From Chromera velia (taxonomy: Eukaryota), in assembly GCA_018398765.1 (NCBI GenBank), contig JAHBMJ010000429.1, positions 1 to 48,000 of the forward strand: a DNA stretch of 48,000 nt, given 5' to 3'. Position 1 is the stretch's first letter; each line of letters begins with the position of its first letter. The position numbers were made by a program, and so were the translations under genes. Positions 35,014 to 47,278 of the stretch are shown here, in pieces. Under the pieces are notes generated by a model. It did not search any database. It was given only the letters and a program-made list of their open reading frames with translations, and was not told the origin of the DNA.

Positions 35014-37995
35014 TTCCTGATGCTTCACCGATTCTTAAGGTTGTGTTTTTTTTTTTCTCTTTTTTTGTACTTCAAGGACTGTTTCAGATTGTATGTTCTT
35101 ATGACCATTCTTTTTTTTTTCAGCACCGCATGCATGTAGTAATACCGTAATGTACTTATAAACACTCTTGCACATTGGTTATGCGCATGCACACACTATA
35201 TACAATTCATGCACTGACACCTGGACTTCACAGACTCATCGAACGGATTAATCGAGCTAAATCATGAGGAAAGCCGCATATTTAATCCAATCAACGATCC
35301 ACGCACCGCCAGAGCATCGTAGCACATCATCACAGAGCAACACTCAGAGCAACATTACGACGCATATTTCATCGTACCTCATCGCAACGCATGCATGCAT
35401 CATTGTAATACCTTAATTATGAGCGCGCACGGCCCCGCAAAGCACTCAAGATCGCGCGACCGCGAGAGAGAAAAAAAAATTCACTGTCTGGCGAGCCCAA
35501 TTCTCTCCATCGTGACCTTCACCTTGGTCACCGCCTAGGTTCGAGAGTCCACTGGGTATCGGATGCATCTGTACGCGGGGTTCTTCCTCCTCTGAACTTT
35601 GCCCTCGATGCTCTCCACGAGTCTCTCTCTTCCTTTGATTACTCTCTTTGCTTTTTTCTGGGCCGCCACTTCCTTCTGTTTAATATCTTGCTGCTTGATG
35701 ACATGCGGGAGCACGTCAGGGTTGATATCAGGTTGCTGGAAGACTGGATGAGGAGACTGCGGGGCGAAGGGGTTGTATCGGTGAGTCTCCTCTTTCTCGG
35801 TCTCGCTTTTTGTCATTGTGGTTAGTGTGGTGACCTCTGAGAGGTTCTCTCTCCATGCTGCGGCTCCTTCCTCAGTCTGGGTATCTGTGTTCATAGCGGC
35901 TTGGATATGTGCTTTGGTTTGGGAGGAGAAGGAGTGTGGGATCGGCATCTGGTTCGGATAGTCAGGGTATGGGGTAAGGTAGGTGCTGGGACCGTTGTTT
36001 GCGAACATGTTGGCTTTTGTTTCCGTAGATGTAAGAGTTTCTTGAAGAGGGAAGTGGTTATGATCAGGCTTAAGAGGATTTGGATTTCAGCTGGTTCAAC
36101 TTGATCATAGTGATTGAAGAGTGGGGTTTGAAGAAAGTTGCCAAAAGTTTTGAAGAGAGTTGATCAAGATGTCGGGCTTGCAATTTCTTTGTAGGGAAAT
36201 TTTCGGTCAATCGATTTGGCCGGCTGTCAGCCGAACATACGTGTCTGTGCATGTCTCTTATTCGGCTTTCAACCGATTTTGGTCGAAAAGAATCGGTTTC
36301 CGGAAGGCCTCTCTTTTCCGATTTTTCGCCTCCTTGACGTGTTTCTTTCGGCCGCTTGCCGGTCGCTTCTTGGCCGATCTCCGGCCGAATTTTTATTTTG
36401 CTGTCGTCTCCTGTAGCAAGCTCTCGATATCTTTCACAGCTCAGCTTGAGATTCAGTGTCGCTCGTACCGATTGCTCAGTATCTCTCCCTCCCCTCCTTT
36501 ATCTTTGGGTTACTTTCTGGTGTCAACTCTTGTTATGAGTCTTGCAGATACTACTCTGAGTCTTCCCATTCTGGTGTAACTTTTGTTTATCGTGGTCAGT
36601 CACTGCCTTGCTGTTGTTTGACGTATGGTCATGCCTTCTTCTATTCTCCAGTAGTGTTGTTGTACTCTGTAGTGAGTCTCTTCTACCTCGGTGCACCCTT
36701 TCACTCCAGGTCAGGTCAAAGAGTGAGGTCGGTCCATGATATGCCAATCCTACCGTATCTTTTGTGATGATCAAGCTGCTGTTATCTGGTTGCATACTCA
36801 TCTCTTCTCTGACTCATCCTTGTGTTGCTCCCTCTTTCTGTTTGCATCTTGCTGGTTTACATCTCTGTGGACTGGATCCAACATTCGAGTCCTCCTTCAT
36901 GATCCATGATGTCATCAATACATCGATCTTTATCGTCGAGTCCTTCCACTACGAGTCGATCGTACGTATGCAACATGTGTTTCCACATCTCCATCGTCTT
37001 CTCGCCGTTCCAGCACATCTCCTCCGTTCTCCTCCCCGTCCATTCTCGGCATCACATTGATCATCCACCGTGCTTTCTTCCACAGAAGGGATCCCTATAC
37101 TCACGTCCGTGGCAAGGATCTCTCTGCTTACGTCTACGGCAAGGATTTCTCTGCGTGCGTCTACGGTAAGGATCTCTATGCATCTTCCCTACCTCGTCGC
37201 CATCTTCTTTTTCCTTCAGGTAGGCACTTTCAAAAAAAATTGATCAGAACATTCTTTCTTTCTCTCTCTTCTCGCATTTCCTGTCACGTTATCCTCGTCT
37301 CCCTTCTCTTTCTTTTCGCAGTTCTTGTTACGTTATTCTCTTCTCCCTTCTCTTTCTTTTCATAGTTCTTGTCACGCTGTTCTCGTCTCTCCCTGAGTTT
37401 GATCCGTCTCATTCTTTCTCTTCTCCTTCAGTTGCCTCTTTTCGAATATATGAGTGTATCGCCCCTTTCTATACTCTAACTTAGGCTCACTGGTCATTCA
37501 TTTACTCGCTTTCTTTCTCTTTCTGTTTCTCTCTGATGCTTGTCTGTTTGCAGGGCTCTCCGAGGCGGTGTAACTCGACGTTCATTGTCAAGTCGTTCGT
37601 CGACGTCTCTTTTTCGAGTCTCGCCATTCTCTGCCATCTCTATCCGTCTCCTGCTGTCTCTTGTCTTTTTGTGTCTTTGTTTCTTTTGCGTTCAAAGGAG
37701 TGGGTGGTTGATTGGGTAAGTGAAAAATGAGGGGTGATTGGGTGAGTGAGTAGATGCAGGTGAGTGAAGAAGGTTCTCATAGACTGGTTGGTGGGTGAAT
37801 ACGTATGGGTATGGTCGTTAGGTCGTGGCATACTCAGCCTTCTGCTGAGTGCCCATACTATTCGCACCCTTTCAGATGCAAAGAGTAAATGCACCGAAGT
37901 GCCAACCACTTGTGAGTTTAGAGAATTTGCTTATGTCTGTATGAGCATTTTTTTTTTTGAATAAGCCTGGGCGCGAGGCTTGGTTCGGTATTTGT

Positions 37996-38038
<43 letters not shown>

Positions 38039-38400
38039 CAGGTTGATGATGATGTACTGGGGAGCGGGGGCCCAGTACGAGCGATTGAGCGGCGACTTTA
38101 CCTCTCCCTGGGAGGTCCTGGTGGTGTGAGTGGCCAACTCACCCCCTGGGGGACCTTTTGTACGCATGTGCATACGACTTCTCGCCACGAAGGCGTCAGA
38201 ATCGGAGGCTGTGGGTTATATATGCGCCTGGCAGGTCAGTGTTATCTGCTTTTATTCATCAGTCACCGATCGGTATACGGTGCTGCTCCAGGGAGGGTTC
38301 GTGTGTATAGGTGCATGCGTGGATGAATGGGTGATCGGGTGGATGGATGGATGGATGGATGGATGGGGTGGATGGATGGATGGATGGATGGATGGATGGA

Positions 38401-39647
38401 TGATTCGAATGATGGATCGTTGTTGGTTTAAGGTTTTCTACGCCTAATTTCTCTTTCGAGATGACTTGATGTTTATGCAGTTTAACTGCTTTTCGAGTTT
38501 TTGGGTTTGCTTCATTTTGATTCAATCGATCAAATTTTTTTTTCGAGGTCTGGCAAGGAGTTACGGCAGAGAGGCATTTGGCGGAGCTCTGTGTTCGGTC
38601 TTTCTCTATTGATCAATTCCATTAGTCACTCAATCGATCCTATCGTTAGCGGCAGCATGCTTCGGGTCCGTTCGATTTCGACTTGAGGTATTACTCCATC
38701 CATCATGGATTTATGCAAACATTCACTTCATTCATATATGGATCATGTAAACATTCATTTCCTTCATCATTCATGTCATCATAAATTGTTCTCGGTCCGG
38801 CTTCCGTCATTTTGCTTTCATGATTTCCGTCCCTCTTTTGACTTTTGGTCCCTCCTCGAATTCTCGAATGAGTGCAGGACAGTCGCAGTCTTCTCCATCG
38901 GTCCACCACGACTCGTCCGGGAACCCTTCATAGACGAGTGAGTATTGAACTTTCCCGTCTTTTTCTCTTTTTCCTATGACTTCTTTCACATTGTAGTCTG
39001 ACATCGCACTCCTGTTCGGGTCTNTGGATGGATGGATGGATCGTTGTCGGTTTGAGGTTTTCTACGCCTAATTTCTCTTTCGAGATGATTTGATGTTTAT
39101 GCAGTTTAACTGCTTTTCGAGTTTTTGGGTTTGCTTCATTTTGATTCAATCGATCAAATTTTTTTTTCGAGGTCTGGCAAGGAGTTACGGCAGAGAGGCA
39201 TTTGGCGGAGCTCTGTGTTCGGTCTTTCTCTATTGATCAATTCCATTAGTCACTCAATCGATCCTATCGTTAGCGGCAGCATGCTTCGGGTCCGTTCGAT
39301 TTCGACTTGAGGTATTACTCCATCCGTCATGGATTCATGCAAACATTCACTTTATTCATATATAAATCATGCAGACATTCATTTCTTTTATCATTCATGT
39401 CATCATAAATTGTTCTCGGTCCGGCTTCCGTCATTTTGCTTTCATGATTTCCGTCCCTCTTTTGACTTTTGGTCCCTCCTCGAATTCTCGAATGAGTGCA
39501 GGACAGTCGCAGTCTTCTCCATCGGTCCACCACGACTCGTCCGGGAACCCTTCATAGACGAGTGAGTATTGAACTTTCCCGTCTTTTTCTCTTTTTCCTA
39601 TGACTTCTTTCACATTGTAGTCTGACATCGCACTCCTGTTCGGGTCT
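38401..39647. repeat. 624-bp tandem duplication that includes the chromodomain coding region, joined at a single N (39024)
   Basis: 38401-39023 vs 39025-39647 are near-identical and differ by about a dozen transitions. Confidence 0.85.
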
Positions 39648-42600
39648 GTGTCTTCTTTTTCAACCATTTGCTTCTTCTGTCTCGTCTTTTTCTTTTCGGT
39701 CTCAAGGGAATGCTTGAATGGCAACACGCTTTCACTCTGTGCGGAAGCCGAGCTTTGCTGTTCGATTACTTGCCAGTAGATGGCTTCGAGAACGATTCTT
39801 ACAGAGTCACGGTTTGTGAGTATGTCCTGTTTGTTTTCAGTAAGTTCTCTTCTTTCTACTTTCCAGTCTCCCTTTCTGTGTCGAGCTTTCCTTATAAGTG
39901 CTCCTTCCAAGAAATGCAATGTGAAGTGCTGTTCTCCTTTGACTGTCCTGATGTTTTCTATTCTCGCCTTGATTCGTTCTTTCACCTGCAACTCTCCTGC
40001 TGAGTGATAGTAAAAGAGAATGGTCTCTCCTTCCTCAATGGCTTCCTGTTGGAAAAGAAATCGAATTCCTTTTCCGGAAGCGGTCGAGTTTCCGTTTCCA
40101 TTTCCTCATCCTCCTGTTCTTTGTTGTCTCCGTCTGCAGGCGATCTCATCTTCTTCTCTGTGTCTCTTTCTTGTCCTTCTTTTTTCTCAGGTTGGTCGTT
40201 TTGTTCTTCTTTCCTCACATGCGTATTAAAAATCTCTTCGTTTTCCTTGTAATCTCTGCTGAAGTACGGTTTCACTCTGTGTCTGTTTACCGTTTGGCTT
40301 GATTGGCTTCCCGGCTTTTTGATGACCAGAGTGCGATTCGGTCTCACTTGCGTGATCATGTACGGCTCTTCATACAATGGTGCGAGTGCTTTGCTGATTC
40401 TTTTTTGAGTAGGCGGCTTTTCCAGCCATACGTACATGCCTTCTTTGTATTCCAGTACTTTCTTTGGATCGATGCGAAGCAGTCTGAGCATTCTCTGCTG
40501 TGCTGCTGCCTCAAAAAGTTTTCTTCTATCTTTTGATTCATTTTGCAGCTCAGCAAGAAGCTCAACGTACTCGGGCAGGTCCTCCTGCTTCTGTTAGTGA
40601 AACAAGGTAACGTAGGGGGTGGTTTGGCTGTCGTTGAAAGAGACAAAAGAACGGAGAAACTCCTGTGCTCGTGTGTACTGCAGAATTGTGAGCGAAGGCA
40701 GCAAAAGGAAGGAAGTCTGTCCAGTTCTTTTGGTTTTTGTCAATGTAGCAAGAGAGCACAAACTTCATGTCTTTGTGGAAGCGCTCAAGTCTTCCGTTAG
40801 TCTGAGGGTGATAGCTTGTTGTCTTTACTTTGTCGGTCCCGACTAAATGACATACTGCCTCCATGATCTGTGCAAGCATGTTACTTCCCTGATCAGAAAG
40901 AAGCCTGATTGGCCTCCTGTATCTGCAGAGAATGGTGTGGACTATACTTTGGGCGATCGTCGATGCCTTGGCGTCTGGAACGGCGTCCACCTCAACCTAT
41001 CTGCTGGTGAGGTCCATGTATGTGATTGCATATCATATGCCGTCTTTACTGCAAGTGAATGGTCCCGTGATGTCGATTGCCCACGACGAGAGCGGTTCAA
41101 CGTTCGAAAAATTTTGGACCATGAATCTTTCTTGCTGTTTCCTTCTCTTCTTCTCTTAACATTTTCGGCATGATTTGATATGCTTTTTGATGTCTGTGAT
41201 CATGGATGATCAGAAAAAATAGTGAGAGATGTTTTGAATACATCGGTTAATACCTGGGTACCCTTGGAGTTTGCATTCATGAAATTCAGTGAAGACTTTC
41301 TCCTTCATTCCTTTTGGTACTACCAACAAAAATCTTATTCCTTTTTTGTGCCTGTTCGCAGGAGGAAGTAAACAGAAAAGTATGTCCTCGTGCAATACAT
41401 AGAGAGGCGATTGGCCGAGAATGCGTGTTCTCTCTTGACTAGTCAGATTTGTCTGGAAGTCTCCGTTTTTTAGGAATTCACTCATGTGTCGTGTTTCTGG
41501 GTCGTCTTACTGTGCCTTCTTTATCTCGTCAGGTGAAAATGGATCGGGTAATTCAATGGCTGGTTTGGCCTGCTCTTTCTTTTTCTCTTCTTCCCCCTTC
41601 CCTTCCTGTTTTTCTTCTTCTCCTTCTCTTGTCCTTTTCCTTGCTGCAGCAACTACAAGCGAGTGGTCTGTTTCCTCATCTGGAACTGCGGGAGGGAACT
41701 GCTCGTGCACGAAAGGAGGTCGGCTGAGGCTATCTGCGTCCATGTTTAAACGTCCAAGTTTATGTTTTATACCGTACTCATACATAAACAGAGCGATCGA
41801 CCAATGATGAAGTCGTGCGTTGGTGTTTTTCTGCTTTTTAATGTACTCCAACGCTTTGCAATCTGTCCAGGCAGTAAACGGTCATCCGTACAGGTGCTTC
41901 TTGAATTAATTTGTAACCATCCAGTAGAACGCAAATCTTTCTTTCTCTGTTGCTCCCCATTTCTGTTCTGTTTCTGTCAATTTCCGAGAGGCATACTAAA
42001 TGACTTTTTCCTTCTGATTTTCGTCTAACTGACAAAGGATGCCTGAAATTGCCTCTCCACTTGCGTCTGTCTTCAAGATGAAGGGCTTATTCAGGTCTGG
42101 GTATGCTAAAACAGGTCATGATGAGAGTGCATTCTTTAGTTTTTGCCATGCTACTTCTTGTAGTTGTTCCTATGTGAAGATGCTGTTCTTCTTTAACAGA
42201 GCCAGAAGGGGTTCTGCGATGTTTGAGAACCCTTCTATATATCGTCTATAGAAGGAACATATACCGATAAAGCTCTTTACTTGCTTAATCGTTCTCGGTC
42301 GCTCACATTTCTGAATGACCTCTATTCTGTCTGCAGATGGTCTTATACCCTCGTCAGAAACGTCGTGGCCCAGATAGCAAAGCTTTTTAGTCACGAATCT
42401 GCACTTCGAGAAGGCAAGTTTTCCTCCCGCCTCTTTTATTCTCTCCAGCACTTTCTCCAGATCAGTCATGGCCTTCGAGAAAAAGTCCGACACCAGCATG
42501 ACATCGATATAACTTGATACGCACACATCTGGCAAGGCTTAGCCCGCAAACAACTTGTTGACTGCCTTTTGAAAACAGCCAGGCCCGATACTGATTCCCA

Positions 42601-43960
42601 TAGGTAGGCGAGTGAAGCAGTGCTGACCAAATTCTGTCACGAAAGCAAGTTTTTCCTGATCTGCCTCTCTGACAGCCAACTGAAAGAAGCCACTCTGATA
42701 GTCCAACAGACTAAAAAATGATTTCCCTTGTAGTCTATGCAGCATTTCATCCATATTTGGGATTGGATATCGATCGACTTTTAGCATAGAATTCAGACGA
42801 CGCAGGTTAATGCATACTCGATAGCCGTCTCCTTTTGGTTTCTTTACGATCAAAATTAGGTGCCCCCATTCCGATGAACACGGCTTGATCACTCCTTGTT
42901 TTTACAGGCGTTCAAGGTACTCCTTCAAGACTCCCTTCAAGGCGTATGGAACAGGTCGGGGTCTACTGTAGATTGGTTCTGTTCCCTGTGTGTCAATCTT
43001 GCACTCCGTTCCTTTCCACAGTCCTGGATCATCCTTATGCGGAACGAGACACGTGAAATGAAGAAGAAGGGATCTCAGTTGTTCTTTTTCTGATGGAGAT
43101 AAGTGAGATGCATTTTTGAGTGCTTTTTCTATCTCCTTTCTCGCCTCTGTTTCTTTTTTCTCTCTATTTTGACCCTTACTGTCTGATTGTGATTGATCAG
43201 ACAGGTTGAGTGCGGGCTGTTTTGGCACTTGCGGTTCTTTTCTTTTCTCTGGTTCTTCAACCATCACCGAGGCGACGTTCAAGTTAATTGGAAGAGTGAA
43301 GGCTTGTTTGGTGGTGTTGATTGCTATTAATGAGATCTTTCTGTTTTCTACTGTGCTTGTGGTGTTGGCAAAAATGATCCCATGAGGCTTGTTTCTGCAG
43401 ATTGGGTCTACAGCAACCGATACCCCGTTTGAGATCCAGGATCCTTTCGGCAGTGGAATTTCAAGGTACGTCACTGTACTCTCTTTGAGAGTTTCTCTTT
43501 TTGCTGTACTGACAAGCACGGGTAGCAGCATCTTCTTCTTTTCCATCTCACTCATTGGTAAAAGAGGAACAGGAGAGGACTTGTTGCTGTGTAGAGGACA
43601 CATAAGAAGTCTGTCTGGTCGAAAGAACATTCTATGTGCGTGTAAGTCAAGAAACGTTTTCCCAAATATTGCGGCATGCTTGATAGAGGAAAAAATGTAA
43701 AATTGAAGCTTTCTGATTCTTTGTAAGTTAAAACAAAGCGAAACTACTCCTTCATTCTCTAGTTTCTTTCCTCCCTCACCTTCGATTAAGAGAGGGGAAG
43801 GAAAGGCTCTAAAGGAAGGGTTTGCCGTTTTCAGCTGTTGTCAGACTTGCGTACTGATCATCACTATATCGGCTCCGGAGTCAATCATTGCAGGCACGAC
43901 CACATTATGATCAAGGGAAACGAAAAGTCCGACTCTTTGCGAATTTAAGTGGATGTGAGC
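39431..43960 (-). pseudogene. pol: Gypsy pol (protease, RT, RNase H, integrase, chromodomain), disrupted
   Basis: Protease AMIDSGA; RT RVCINLRRLN, YPIPNMDEML, LLDYQSGFFQL, RLPMG, SYIDVML (damaged YxDD); RNase H PVLAYPD..FILKTDASG; integrase SDQGS, YHPQTNGRLERF, LAPLYEEPY; chromodomain YNVKEVIGKREKDGKVQYSLVYEGF..SWW. Confidence 0.93.
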
Positions 43961-44420
43961 GACTGATTTCCGTGTGTGTTTCTTACATGTATTCTTCTGT
44001 TTTTTCTTCTCCTTTTCTCCTTTTTCCTGTTTGATCACAAACTCAAGTGCTTTTTCTTTTTTTTTTTCCTCTTCTTCTTTTTCTCTTCCTCTTTTGTTGC
44101 CAGTCCTTACGTAATCAGTCTTCCTATCTGTGGATGACGATAGAGCCATGTCCGTGTCGGTCCGCAGTCGCCCCTGTAAGTCTGCAGACCCTTCAGTGTT
44201 TTTGACCGTTGTGTCGATTCGGAAACCCCCTCTACTGCTGTCCTGCATGCATCGGAGGATTTCTCGAGCCCATAGGTCTGTTCGGCTGCATGAAGGGTGG
44301 TCTCTGGAATTGCTGCCCAGGTCGGTGCTGCTGTGAAGGAAAACCTTGTAGGCTTCTTTGTCCAAGTAGTCTGGCTGTCTGATTTTATGTCAAAAGTCCC
44401 TGCCATTCCGTTCTCTGTTG

Positions 44421-46453
44421 CTAGGGGAAAGGAGGCGGTTTCCCAAGCACTGCAGGGAAAGGAGACGGTCTTTGAAAGACAGCAGGTAGTCTTTGAAATA
44501 CTGCGGTTTGCGCTGAAGGAAGCGTCCTGTTTCCTCCAAAACCAAAACCCTGGCATGCTGAGCCTGTAATTCGATTCTCTCTCCGGTCTCGCTGCAGTGT
44601 CCTACATATGGGTTTTAGGTGACCCTTTCTGCCGCAATATCCACATTCGTGATCTACAAGAAGAGTGCAGCGGTCACCTGCGTGAGGCACTGCACCTCCA
44701 CACCGGGTATATGTGGCTTGAGTGGACACTGCCGCTGCTACATCTGCCGCTGTTTGCGCTGCTGTTTGCGCCGCTGTTTACTGCAGAACTGCGTTAATCA
44801 AGGCGGATGTCTGTCCTTCAGGAAGAGGAGCGAGCCCTTCTTCTTGATGGTCGGTGATTCTGTTTCCTTCGGAATCCATCATTTCTTCATCTCTTCTCTC
44901 GATTGTCGTGATCTTCCTTACTTTTTCGGCTTTCTCAGTCGTTCCACTGTTCTGTGCAATCAGCTCTGCTGCCCCCACTAATTTGTTGAATGATGTGTAT
45001 TGCTTTTGTGTGAGGATTGACTTTGTGATCTTGTCGGACAGTCCTCTCCAGAATTTTTTCATCAGTCTTTCATCCTCGATCGACGAATTTGCTTGTCGAT
45101 AAAGGGAAGTGTACCTGTCTGCGTATTCTTGGATTGTTTCTTCTTCTCTTTACTGCAGGTTGTCTAAGCTGGCCTCTGCTCTCTCTATGTGCGGTTCTTT
45201 GAGTCCAAACTTCGAGAAGAATGTGTCTTTCAGGTCAGTGATGGTTTGAATTTTGCTCATTTTTTCATCGGATATGTTTGTGAACCAATCGAGTATTTTT
45301 TCGTTAGATATGTTTGTGAACCAATCGACTGCATTTCCCTTCAGCGACTTTCGGAAATAGAACAGGACTTGGGTGATGTTCCATTGAAAGGCAGTGGCAT
45401 CCATCTCGAAAGCTCTCCAGAAATTTTGTGCATCTTTTCTTTCTCCTGAATATGCATTGATGTCTGCTTTGATTGGGGGGTTATAGAAGTGGTTTGGGGT
45501 TGGCAGCAGTAGAGGGATCGGTAGCAGAGGAGGCAGATCAGCTCTTTGGGTAGAAAAGGGAAGCTGTGAGGGTACCGAAGCCACGCTGTCTGCTTTCGTT
45601 TCCTTTACGGGCAGTTTGTCTGTGTTAAGCACCAACTCGAATTTTCCTTCTTTTGTAGGTTTGAATGTCACTCCCTGTCTTGCTAATTCCTTCAGGATAG
45701 ACGGATCCCATTTCTGTACTTGCGTGGGGCCGGCTGACGTCTTCTTCTGTGCTTCATCGGTCGGTTGATCTGTCATTTCCTCGTCAGGGTCTTCTTTGTT
45801 CTCTTCTCCATTTCTTTTCTCTTCATTATTTTCCTTTCCTTTCTCATTCTCTTATGTCTCATTTTCTTCCATTTTTTTGTCTTGGCTCTCCACCTCCTTT
45901 TCTGTTTCCTTTTTCTTGTTGTTCCGATTTTTATTATAATTGGAGGATTTGCCCTTTTCCTTCTTTTTTGATGGCTCCTTAATTACTTTCTTGGATTTTT
46001 CCACATGTTGAAGAAACTCGTCCATTTCAAGGAATTCGTCAGCGTTGTTTTTCTTCTTGTTCTTTTCTAGTGCTTTTTATTGGGCTGTCAGTTTTTTCTT
46101 GGCCTGAGGCTTTGGAGCTATATTTGGTTCTCTTTCCCTTTTTTTTTTTGACAGAAAAGCCTTCAGTCTACCCAAATGTAGCGAGCGGAGGAAGGAATGT
46201 ATATAAGGAGAAGTTGGCGGTTACTGTCGATAAATCTCAGCTGATGTGTGACGTCAAGATTCAGTGCCTTGATGACTTCGTCTGACTGGCGATTATGAGC
46301 GACGACTGTGTATGAATACTGATCCAAAAGGAAGATTTTCAGATTTTGTTGGTCCTCAATGAATTCTGTGTTCCTCTGCAAAATTTTGTTCACGATGAGT
46401 CTCGCTCGTTCTTCCCTCTCTGTTGTGTGCAATTCTAAAAGTTCTCCAGGCAA
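44421..46453 (-). pseudogene. gag: Gypsy gag, disrupted
   Basis: Capsid-like YSGERKDAQNFWRAFE...SLKGNAVDWF and LQ*REEETIQEYADR..KKFWRGL; zinc knuckles (Y)TRCGGAVPHAGDRC and CGYCGRKGHLKPIC. Confidence 0.85.
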
Positions 46454-47070
46454 AATTGCTCAAAGGATCTTTCTCGTTCTGGCTGTGATTTCTTCGGGGT
46501 TTGCCTGGTCAGTTGTTCTTTTTCGCGTCAGATGGGTTTGGAGGATTATTTTTGTATTTCAGTTAGATAGAGTTTTCTGTTTCGTTGCTGATTTCTGTTA
46601 AAATCTCGTGATATAAGTAAAAGAAGTTAAAAATTATGAACTTACAGAGAGAAAAAACGACTTGATGAAGTGAGAGAGGTAGGGTTCCGTTGAAGAGCGA
46701 CAAGAGAAAGGAGAATCCGAATTCGAAGAAAGACAAAAGGGTTTGTTTAGCTGTGAAGGAAAGATTTGTGCAGCAGAGTGAAATTCCGAACTTGCTGAGG
46801 GGAAAGATAGCCTGATTTGCAGAAAGATCTCCTTCATAAAAGGAAAGAAAGAGAAGCAATCCAAATTTGAATGAAGAAAGAGTTACTTGTATTTGTCTCG
46901 TATGTGCAGGTAGACTGCTCATATACACGAAGACGGCAAACGAAAAAAGTAAGTCACACAGGAATGGAAGTAGTCGAATTTTCTTTTTGCTTAGCAGGAA
47001 AGTCCAAGTCACAAAACGTACGAACGCTTCGTAATGTGTTTTGCCTTTTGCAGAAGGATAAAAATAAGTC

Positions 47071-47278
47071 AAATTTACCGTCAGGTAGAATGCGTGAAAT
47101 TCATAAAAAGGGCAGGGCTTTGCCATTTACAGAGAAACGAAGAGAGGTCAAATTCACTGTTAGGTAGAATACGTGAAATTCGCAAAAAGGGCAGGGCTTC
47201 GCCGTTCACAGAGAAACGAAGAGAAGTTAAATTCACTGTCAGGTAGAATGCGTGAAATTCATAAAAAGAGTAGGAAAA
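47071..47278. repeat. 79-bp tandem repeat (~2.6 copies) in the Gypsy 5' leader
   Basis: AAATT(T/C)AC(C/T)GT(C/T)AGGTAGAAT(G/A)CGTGAAATTC starts at 47071, 47150 and 47229. Confidence 0.85.
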
